Position numbers and translations under genes: made by a program | Notes under the pieces: generated by a model | What the model saw: the letters and a program-made list of their open reading frames with translations, nothing else | Told to the model about the DNA's origin: nothing | Database searches by the model: none | Assembly (NCBI RefSeq): GCF_001598795.1 | Contig: NZ_BCZP01000005.1 | Location: 90,001 to 122,000, forward strand | Length of the DNA: 32,000 nucleotides | Direction: 5' to 3' | From: Delftia acidovorans NBRC 14950 | Lineage (GTDB): Bacteria > Pseudomonadota > Gammaproteobacteria > Burkholderiales > Burkholderiaceae_C | Shown here: in pieces, positions 8,373 through 15,600 of the stretch | Position numbering within the stretch: the stretch's first letter is position 1 | How the letters are laid out: each line of letters begins with the position of its first letter

Positions 8373-9353
8373 GTGATTGAAGTAATGTCCCGACTAATTA
8401 GACCTGCAGATATTCCGGAAACACTTTGGCATGCCAAAACAACGTGTTTGCATCTTGCCCCGACACTTCGGAGAGCTTGGGAGCACTTGCTACTACACGC
8501 CGGACTCGAAGATAAGGCTCGGCTACCGGTTCCTGAGGGAAGAATCGGCGGCTTGAGTAAGGAAGATACGGACGATCATCTGGCATGGCGCTTCAGTGGG
8601 TCGTCGGCGCGGGTTCAGCTCAGTTTTCTCGATCCAGAGGAAAAACTTACTGAGGTGGCAGATGCGTTTGCAAAAGTCTTTTCTGGTGGAACCGTGTTGC
8701 TTGCAGACCTACCCTGCGGCTCAGGTGCTGCAGCATTGACGTTGCTGGCAAACATTGCTGAGTTGCGGCGCCAAGACCGAATCCCACGTAACCCGCTTAA
8801 CGTCAAGATTGTTGGCGGTGAGTTGTCAGAGTTCGCACGAGGCTATGCCGACCTAGCAACAAAACACATCAAAGATGCGTTGGCCGAACAAGCAATCTGG
8901 GTATCCGCTGAGTTTCTTTCCTGGAATGCATTGGATAAATTTTCTACAGCAGAACTAACTAACCGCCTGACCGTGCTTGGCCAGGAATGTTCAGCCCGCC
9001 TAATAGTTCTGGCCAATTTTTCCGGATTTTTACAGCGCGAGGGAAAATGGAAGGAGGCTCTCCCTCAATTTGAAAACTTATTCCTGCATGGCCGAGCTCA
9101 TAACAGTTTTGTACTCTGGATTGAGCCGCAAACAAACGAGGTGCTTGGCTCTGGGGGATTCTTCAGTAGAGCTATTAATTGGTTTAAAAAACTGTTTTCA
9201 GCACATCACACTAAGGACGAGCAAGATGCTCTAGTTGTTGAGAACCTCGGAAAGAGTGCTGCTGACGTCCAACACCCATTAAAGGATCATCAATTCAAAG
9301 TTCAACTAGTAGTTCAGCGCTTCGATTTACCTTTGAACGGAGCGAAGGCATGA
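8373..9353 (+). CDS. class-I SAM-methyltransferase-fold protein with degenerate catalytic motif IV
   Basis: 326-aa ORF; the start is GTG 8373 or ATG 8385. Motif I is VLLADLPCGSGAAAL (8706-8726 = DLPCGSG). An acidic residue ends beta2 (KIVGGELSEF). Motif-III-like is FLSWNALD. At the position where N6-adenine/gamma-class enzymes carry (D/N)PP(Y/F), the sequence is LIVLANFSGF (NFSGF, 9015-9029). The stop overlaps the RT start (ATGA, 9350-9353). Confidence 0.8.
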   Translation: MIEVMSRLIRPADIPETLWHAKTTCLHLAPTLRRAWEHLLLHAGLEDKARLPVPEGRIGGLSKEDTDDHLAWRFSGSSARVQLSFLDPEEKLTEVADAFAKVFSGGTVLLADLPCGSGAAALTLLANIAELRRQDRIPRNPLNVKIVGGELSEFARGYADLATKHIKDALAEQAIWVSAEFLSWNALDKFSTAELTNRLTVLGQECSARLIVLANFSGFLQREGKWKEALPQFENLFLHGRAHNSFVLWIEPQTNEVLGSGGFFSRAINWFKKLFSAHHTKDEQDALVVENLGKSAADVQHPLKDHQFKVQLVVQRFDLPLNGAKA

Positions 9354-11068
9354 GGCCACAGCTACTCGCACTGCGCACAGCCAATGAGTACCGCACACGT
9401 GACATTATGGCCTACCTTGGGTTGCGCTATTACTTTGCCAATCAGTGCGCACGCAGGGATCGCTGGGCTGAAGAGGTGTCTTCTCATCTTGTGATGAGCG
9501 GCAGCAGTGCTTATTTCGAGTCCCTGCATTTCAAGGATATTCGCTCTGACGGCTTGGTTGGCTACCGCAGCATTTTTGTGCCTGGCCCCAATGAGTCTTA
9601 TGCTGAAGCCGCATTGCTCTCCGAGTGCAGTCGACACGCAGTATTTCGTTCACCCAGCTTTGTCTTTAGCTATCGTTTGGCAGAGGGCGAGGAAACTCAA
9701 GGGGTCTACAAGCCTTACTTCATGGGGTTACAAGAGCGGCAAAAAAAAATTGCCGATGCATGCAAAGCAGGCGCAGGTCAGGTTGTGCGCTATACCGATA
9801 TTAAACGATTTTATCCGAATATATCCTATGAGCTGGCAATTGGTGCTTGGTTGAAGGCATGCGATGCAACTAAAATAGCCACCTTGTACCGTGATTTAGG
9901 TATAAAACTTTTAACTCAACACGCACAGGTATGTCAGACAGCCGCTCATGGCAAGGGATTGCTTACCGGCCCCATGTTCAGTCACCTAATTGCCAACCTT
10001 GTGTTACGCGATGTTGACGAAGCAATGTCTGCGGCCTTCCCAATGCGTTACTTCCGCTATGTGGATGACGTAGTCCTGGTAGGATCAGCAGCAGAGGTTT
10101 CCACAGGCCGGTCGCAATTGGCAGCGATGTTGACAGAGTTAGGGCTTGAATTGCATGAGAACGGCACGGGTAAGGACTTTGAGCTCGCTTCTGATGATTG
10201 GCTGCATGGAGAGGGGGATTTCAGCGGAAAAGACTCATACAACTGGATGCTCTTTGTTCATGACATTAAGCAGTTCCTAATTTCACAGCCATCGTCTCGT
10301 GCCAACCTAGTTAATAGATTTGCTGCAGAGGGATTCAGGATACCGTTGCTGGATTACAGCATGCAAGTCAGTGATGCGAGGTATCAAGAACGATTTTTTA
10401 ACCAATTGCGCCGCTATCCTTGGTTATTAAAGAAAATATTCCGACGGGCTACTCCAAACACGCTTTTGATTTCTGCACAAAACCTTCGGGCTGAATTTTC
10501 AAATAGTTTGTTTAAAATCCTGGACGCCGGCCATGATTTGGATGGTTACGCTCGTAAGAGGGTCGTTACTAAGATTCGTTATTTCGCCGGCAGACTACTC
10601 TACCTAGCCAAAACTGAAGATTTGGCAAAAATTGCAGAGCGGCTGCGGCGATATCCAGAGCTCGCCATGCTTGCGGAAATACTCCACGCAGTCGGCACAC
10701 GAGACGTCACGCAACTTTTGCGATTGGGTAATAATGCGGCCCAATCGGCTGCGCAGCCCCTAAAAATTACTCCCGGCGTAATCACTTGCCAAATCGAATC
10801 TTGGGGTTCCGCAGAACGTAAGAGCTTGGCCATTTTGCGAGCAAACGGTATCAGCGTTGCCGGTCCGGCCGACGATGAACTCAATCGCTTCGCTTTATGG
10901 AACGAGCGCGGGCATGAGCTAATGAGTGCAGGCGATCCCTTCATCAAGGAAATAGCCTGCCTGCACGGGATTTCAGAACACCCCCGCCATCCCGGGATTC
11001 TTGAGACGGCACTGGATCACGGTGAGGAACTTGCCTTCGATGCGACGACGCCGATTGATACCTACTGA
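9350..11068 (+). CDS. reverse transcriptase (stand-alone, defence-type/UG-Abi-like) with ~300-aa helical C-terminal extension
   Basis: 572-aa ORF with GGAG 8 nt upstream. RT motifs:
- 1/2: YRSIFVPGPNESYAEAALL;
- A: VVRYTDIKRFYPNISYE (D150, 9797-9799);
- B: GLLTGPMFSHLIANLVLRDVD (9956-10000);
- C: FRYVDDVVLVG (YVDD, 10058-10069);
- D-like: LGLELHENGTGK.

No maturase/En, nitrilase or primase-like domain is evident. Confidence 0.9.
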   Translation: MRPQLLALRTANEYRTRDIMAYLGLRYYFANQCARRDRWAEEVSSHLVMSGSSAYFESLHFKDIRSDGLVGYRSIFVPGPNESYAEAALLSECSRHAVFRSPSFVFSYRLAEGEETQGVYKPYFMGLQERQKKIADACKAGAGQVVRYTDIKRFYPNISYELAIGAWLKACDATKIATLYRDLGIKLLTQHAQVCQTAAHGKGLLTGPMFSHLIANLVLRDVDEAMSAAFPMRYFRYVDDVVLVGSAAEVSTGRSQLAAMLTELGLELHENGTGKDFELASDDWLHGEGDFSGKDSYNWMLFVHDIKQFLISQPSSRANLVNRFAAEGFRIPLLDYSMQVSDARYQERFFNQLRRYPWLLKKIFRRATPNTLLISAQNLRAEFSNSLFKILDAGHDLDGYARKRVVTKIRYFAGRLLYLAKTEDLAKIAERLRRYPELAMLAEILHAVGTRDVTQLLRLGNNAAQSAAQPLKITPGVITCQIESWGSAERKSLAILRANGISVAGPADDELNRFALWNERGHELMSAGDPFIKEIACLHGISEHPRHPGILETALDHGEELAFDATTPIDTY

Positions 11069-11531
11069 GCTTCAATGACTGGTGGTGAGCGCAAGGGCCG
11101 CAAGAGCAGACGACTGAGAATGTCTCAGATCAGCCTGAAGCCGTCGTTCAAACGTCTGCGGTGGCCTACTGCTGACACACAGGCCTTGAACAACTGATCT
11201 GCGAAGAAAGCAAAACAGGTGACGTTGCCCTCGCAATTCACTGCAAAGCCCCTCATTCAACACGTCCCTGCCCCCTCCATCCAGCACCCCTACGTAACCG
11301 CTTTGGGCAGCTCCCGCACGCCCACACCTGCTACGATCCCCCCGGTGCTCAACACACCTTCATAGGCGGAAGTCACTCCCGAAAGTCAGTGGCGTTTCGT
11401 CCATACGCTTTGTCTTGCCTTGCAATCCAGGGCAAGTCTTGTTTATGGCCGGGCTGCCCGCCGCTGCACAAAGCCATTGCGGCAAAGACAGACGGGCAAC
11501 CCTATGACCGTGTTGACATAGGAGGCCATTC

Positions 11532-12485
11532 ATGGCTTTGCGATCCCCCTCCCGTGCCGTCCCCGCAGACGACATCACCCCCCAAACCCTCCACTTCGGC
11601 GACATCCCGATCCGCACGTTCTCCAAGAACGGCGTGATCTGGTTCCTGGCCAAGGATGTGTTCACCGCCCTGGGAATCTCCCGCCACAAGCTGACCACCG
11701 GCAAGCTCGCTGACGACCAGCGCTGCACCGTCCGCCTTGCCAGCGAGCCCGGCCGCAAGCCCAGGCGCGAAGCCTTGGCGGCCGTCAACGCGGACGGCTT
11801 GCATGCACTGATCCAGGCCAGCCCCTCACCTGAAGCCAAGCGCTTCAGGCGCTGGGTGCAGCGCAAGATGCTGGGCGCCAAGGATGCCCCGGCCAAAGAC
11901 AGCAAACCCAAGTACAAGACCCGGCCCAGGCGCGATGCCAGGCACCCGCCCCAGAGCCTGATCCCGGGGCCTGCGCCCAAGGTCTTCCGCCGCATCCGCA
12001 CCTGCGATGACCTGTCTTTCACACGGCGCAATGCGAAGGGGGAGCGCATTCAGTGGTTTGTGCCGCCGCGCGTGAACAGCGGGCATGAGCACTACGGGAT
12101 TGGAGAGATCTGGTTCAGCGAGGTGGTGGAGCTGGCCCGCCACAACCCCAGGCATGCCTATGACGCCATGCGGTTTGCGGGGCCGGAGATGGCGCGGTAC
12201 TGGAACCATGGGCACCCTGACGGGTTCTTTGACCGCATGGCACGTTGGGCGCTGGGGGCCATTCTGGCCAATGCGCAGGAGCCCGCGCTGCCGTTCGAGC
12301 TGCCCTGCCTGGGCTTTGCGCCGCTGGAGGGCATGGAGGCCATGCTGGCGACTGCGGCTGCGCCCCGGCCGCTGCCGGATCATGTGCAGGAGGCCATCGA
12401 CAGGCAGGCCTGGCAGGAGGCGGCCGAGTGCCAGCGGCATTACTACGAGCGCCGCCGCCGTGACCTGATGGCGCGGCACGACTGA
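11532..12485 (+). CDS. BRO-N domain protein (prophage antirepressor-like N-terminus, unknown C-terminal domain)
   Basis: 317-aa ORF with AGGAGG 7 nt upstream of the ATG. FGDIPIRTFSKNGVIWFLAKDVFTALGIS......ADGLHALIQASPSPEAKRFRRWVQRKML is the classic BRO-N pattern. The overlapping minus-strand ORFs have Arg/Pro/Gly-rich nonsense composition. Confidence 0.8.
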   Translation: MALRSPSRAVPADDITPQTLHFGDIPIRTFSKNGVIWFLAKDVFTALGISRHKLTTGKLADDQRCTVRLASEPGRKPRREALAAVNADGLHALIQASPSPEAKRFRRWVQRKMLGAKDAPAKDSKPKYKTRPRRDARHPPQSLIPGPAPKVFRRIRTCDDLSFTRRNAKGERIQWFVPPRVNSGHEHYGIGEIWFSEVVELARHNPRHAYDAMRFAGPEMARYWNHGHPDGFFDRMARWALGAILANAQEPALPFELPCLGFAPLEGMEAMLATAAAPRPLPDHVQEAIDRQAWQEAAECQRHYYERRRRDLMARHD

Positions 12486-12541
12486 CGCGGGCGTCAAATG
12501 CCACTCCTTTACCCCAGGAGTGGCCAGCGGCTGGCCGGGAA

Positions 12542-12751
12542 GTGTTCCGGCGCCTTGATTCCGAAGTGGGTGAAGCCTGGTATTGCGAAGTGACCAGGGC
12601 AGGCCAGAGCACCCCGCAAAAACTGTGGATGAGCGATGTGCCCGGCTTCATTGACCGGCGCGACTCTTTCAAGACCGCCGAGATCAGCGGCAACAGCTAC
12701 ATCGTCAAGAGTCGCCTGGGCCGGATGGTCTTCGAGACTCCGCTGGCGTAG
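12542..12751 (+). CDS. small hypothetical protein (69 aa, start uncertain)
   Basis: Strong G/C third-position bias in the distal two thirds (ggc ttc att gac cgg cgc gac ... atc gtc aag). The only in-frame starts are GTG 12542 or an internal ATG (MSDVPGF...). No family recognised. Confidence 0.45.
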   Translation: MFRRLDSEVGEAWYCEVTRAGQSTPQKLWMSDVPGFIDRRDSFKTAEISGNSYIVKSRLGRMVFETPLA

Positions 12752-12790
12752 CGCCCAACTGCCCCCGCCATTTCCGTTGCTGGAGCGCGC

Positions 12791-13075
12791 TCAGGGCAAA
12801 TCGATCTTCAGCCCGCGCCCGGTCTGCACGGCCACGTGGTGCGCATCCTTCAGGGCACGGGCCAGCTCTGGATCGGTCTCGTCGAACTCCTTGACCGCAA
12901 CGCTGCCGATGGTGATCTGGTGCAGCCTGGAGCGATCCAGGCCCCGGTCCAGCAGCACCGCACGCACGTATTGCAGCTGTTGCGCCAGGTGTTGGAAGAC
13001 ATCGTGACCTGGCAGGGCCAGGGCACGTTGGGCCACCAGCGCCAGGGCGCGATCGATGTATTCAAGGGGCGTCAA
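12791..13075 (-). CDS. small conserved hypothetical protein, possibly Tsi6-like immunity family (recollection only)
   Basis: 94-aa ORF MTPLEYIDRALALV...LQYVRAVLLDRGLDRSRLHQITIGSVAVKEFDETDPELARALKDAHHVAVQTGRGLKIDLP. Composition is coding-like. The size and sequence remind me of proteins annotated as the Tsi6 immunity family. Unverified. Confidence 0.6.
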   Translation of the reverse strand: MTPLEYIDRALALVAQRALALPGHDVFQHLAQQLQYVRAVLLDRGLDRSRLHQITIGSVAVKEFDETDPELARALKDAHHVAVQTGRGLKIDLP

Positions 13076-13199
13076 TGGGATTCAACCGGTTCATGGAGTG
13101 GCTGCAGAGCATGCCAGAGCGCCGCGGGCCTGAGAGGGCGGGCCGCTGGAGCCAGGGGCTTCAGGGCCTCCATGCTCCCCTGGCCTCACCCGGTGACTC

Positions 13200-15359
13200 T
13201 CAGAAACTGTCCCAGTCGTCATCGGCCGTGGAGGCCATGGCGACGGGCTTGGCGGCGGCCGTTTTTGCCGGGGCCGCCGGGGCTGCGGGCTTGGCCGCGG
13301 CAGCGCTGGGCGCCAGCGCCGGGGCACGGTGGATTGCGTCGCTGGTTGTTGGCGCGGCGCTCGCTGCGCGGGCCGCAGTCTGCAGCGGCGCACCGCTGCC
13401 GCCCGGCAGCCTGAAGACCGAGACCACGCGCACCAGTTGATCGGACTGGTGGCGCAGGCCTGCGGCGGCGCCGGCCATTTCCTCGACCAGGGCCGCGTTT
13501 TTCTGCGTGGTCTGGTCGATGTGGGTGATGGCCTCGGCCACCTGGGCGACGCCGCTGTTTTGCTCGGCGCTGGCGTGGCTGATGTCCGAGATGAGCTGGG
13601 TGACCTTGCGGATTTCCTCCATGGCCTGCTCCATGGTTTCCCCGGCAAACGCGGCCTCCTGGTTGCCGGTGTGGATTTCGGCCACGCTGTGGCTGATGAG
13701 CTGCTTGATTTCCTTGGCGGCCTCGGCGCTGCGGCCTGCCAGGGCGCGCACTTCCTCGGCCACCACGGCAAAGCCCCGGCCATGCTCGCCCGCCCGGGCC
13801 GCTTCCACGGCGGCGTTGAGGGCGAGGATGTTGGTCTGGAAGGCAATGGAGTCAATGACGCCGATGATGTCGGCGATCTTCTTGCTGCTGGCGTCTATGC
13901 CCTGCATGGTCTGCACGACCTTGCGCACGGCCTGCCCGCCTTCGGTGACGACGCGCTGGGCCTCGCGCGTAATGCGGTCGGCCGATTGCGCGTGGTCTGC
14001 GTTGTGGGCCACGGTGGAGCCCAGCTCCTCCATGGCGGCGGCGGTCTGCTCCAGCGCGCTGGCTTCGCTTTCGGTGCGGGCGGCCAGGTCCTGGTTGCCC
14101 TGGGCGATTTCCGCGCTGGCCAGGGCCACGCTGTGGGCCTGTTCGTTCACGCTGCCGACCACGCGCGTCAGGCCCGTGCTGGTGGTGTTCATGGCTTCCA
14201 GCAGGTGGCCGATTTCATCCTGGCGGTCGCTGGCGATGCGCACGGTCAGGTCGCCATCGGCAATGGCGTAGGCCATGTGGCTGGCCTGCTTCAAGGGGCG
14301 CACGATCATGCGGCGGATGAGCCAGAACCATGCCGCCGACAGCAGCAGCACGGCGCCCAGGCCCATGAGGGCGAACTGCAGGACCAGGCTGCGGGTCTCG
14401 GACACGGCTTCGTCCACGTAGGCGCTGGTGGCAATGACCCAGTTCCAGGGTGCGTATTGGCTGAAGACGACCAGCTTGTCGCGGGCCTGGGTTTCGCCCG
14501 GATTGGTCCAGGGATAGGCCATGCTGCCCTGCTTGCGGTCCAGCATGTCGCGGATGAAGAAGCGGCCATCGCCGTCCTTGGAATCGCTCATGTTCTGGCC
14601 TTCCAGGGCGGGATGCACGACCAGTTGGCCGCGCTGGGGGCCGTCTTCGGCATTGAGCACGTAGTAGTAGCCGGTCTGGCCCACCTTGAGCGCGCGGATG
14701 GAGTCCTTGAAGTGCTCCAGCAGTTGCGAGAAGTCCTGGCCCACGAAGGCGATGCCCACGGTGGCGCCGGAGGCGTCCTTGAGCGGGCGGTATTGCGTCA
14801 TGTACTGGCGGCCGAACAGGTGGGCCAGGCCCATGTAGCTTTGGCCGGCCTGGATGGCGGCGTAGGCGGGATGGGCGCGGTCCAGCCGGCTGCCCAGCAC
14901 GGCCGCGCTCTGGTCGCCTTTCTCGTTTTTGAGCGTGGTGGCAATGCGCACGAAGTCGCCCTGCCCCTGGGCCGCAAACACCGTGGCCACGGCGCCGGTG
15001 CTGCGCGTGAAGGCCTGCAGGTGCGCATCGTTGCCGTTGAGCGGCTGGCCGTCCAGGCTCAGCACGGGTTCGCCGCCGCTGGTGTCCAGGCTGAGCGTTC
15101 CCTGCAGGCTGCGCGCCAGGCTGTCGGCCAGGAACTGGGTGCGCTGGCGCAGTTCCTTGTCGGTGGACTCGACGAAGTTGTGCAGCATCTGGACGCCCTG
15201 CTGCATCTCGTTGTGCATTTTTTTCTGCAGGGACTTGCTCACATCCCAGGCAATGCCCAGCACCAGCAGCGCCAGGATGGCGGCGACCCAGACAAAATTG
15301 GTGAGTGACAGCTTTGCGCCCAATCCTTGGCGGCGCCAGAAACGTTGACCGATGTGCAT
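13200..15359 (-). CDS. methyl-accepting chemotaxis protein with double-Cache periplasmic sensor, HAMP and C-terminal xWxxF pentapeptide
   Basis: The ORF track gives 13200..15464. I prefer ATG 15359 (MHIGQRFWRR...), which has AGGAG ~9 nt upstream. Order of elements:
- TM1 (FVWVAAILALLVLGIAW);
- a ~300-aa Cache-like region (GYYYVLNAEDG...VVFSQYAPWNWVIATSAYVDE);
- TM2 and HAMP;
- the highly conserved MCP hairpin (IAFQTNILALNAAVEAARAGEHGRGFAVVAEEVRALAGRSA);
- an Ala/Pro-rich linker ending in DWDSF. Confidence 0.9.
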   Translation of the reverse strand: MHIGQRFWRRQGLGAKLSLTNFVWVAAILALLVLGIAWDVSKSLQKKMHNEMQQGVQMLHNFVESTDKELRQRTQFLADSLARSLQGTLSLDTSGGEPVLSLDGQPLNGNDAHLQAFTRSTGAVATVFAAQGQGDFVRIATTLKNEKGDQSAAVLGSRLDRAHPAYAAIQAGQSYMGLAHLFGRQYMTQYRPLKDASGATVGIAFVGQDFSQLLEHFKDSIRALKVGQTGYYYVLNAEDGPQRGQLVVHPALEGQNMSDSKDGDGRFFIRDMLDRKQGSMAYPWTNPGETQARDKLVVFSQYAPWNWVIATSAYVDEAVSETRSLVLQFALMGLGAVLLLSAAWFWLIRRMIVRPLKQASHMAYAIADGDLTVRIASDRQDEIGHLLEAMNTTSTGLTRVVGSVNEQAHSVALASAEIAQGNQDLAARTESEASALEQTAAAMEELGSTVAHNADHAQSADRITREAQRVVTEGGQAVRKVVQTMQGIDASSKKIADIIGVIDSIAFQTNILALNAAVEAARAGEHGRGFAVVAEEVRALAGRSAEAAKEIKQLISHSVAEIHTGNQEAAFAGETMEQAMEEIRKVTQLISDISHASAEQNSGVAQVAEAITHIDQTTQKNAALVEEMAGAAAGLRHQSDQLVRVVSVFRLPGGSGAPLQTAARAASAAPTTSDAIHRAPALAPSAAAAKPAAPAAPAKTAAAKPVAMASTADDDWDSF

Positions 15360-15600
15360 TGATGCATCTCCTGTGCGGCGTTGTGCGCCGCTGTTGTGCG
15401 CGCACAGGCGGGGAATGCCTGCGTGCCAAGCCATGCTGACCAAAGTCAAGCCCTGGTGATTCATGGGCCGAAGCGTATCGACGCTGCCGCATGCGGGATT
15501 TGAGATGGGTCAAGGAAGTAACCAAGTGTTGCAATGACAGCGTCCGGCCATCGCCGCAGGCTTCGGCCAACGCCCGCCAGAACGGCTGGGGCACAAACAG

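Noticed and set aside
11360-12497. 229-aa and 223-aa minus-strand ORFs overlapping the BRO-N gene
   Set aside because: The plus-strand frame has a strong AGGAGG SD and a textbook BRO-N motif. The minus-strand products are Arg/Pro/Leu-rich with no features.
13329-15308. 659-aa plus-strand ORF (and the 494-aa minus-strand ORF at 14215..15699) overlapping the MCP gene
   Set aside because: It is antisense or out of frame relative to a gene with unmistakable MCP motifs. The translation is Gly/Ala/His/Arg-rich with no motifs. This is a typical shadow ORF of ~67% GC DNA.
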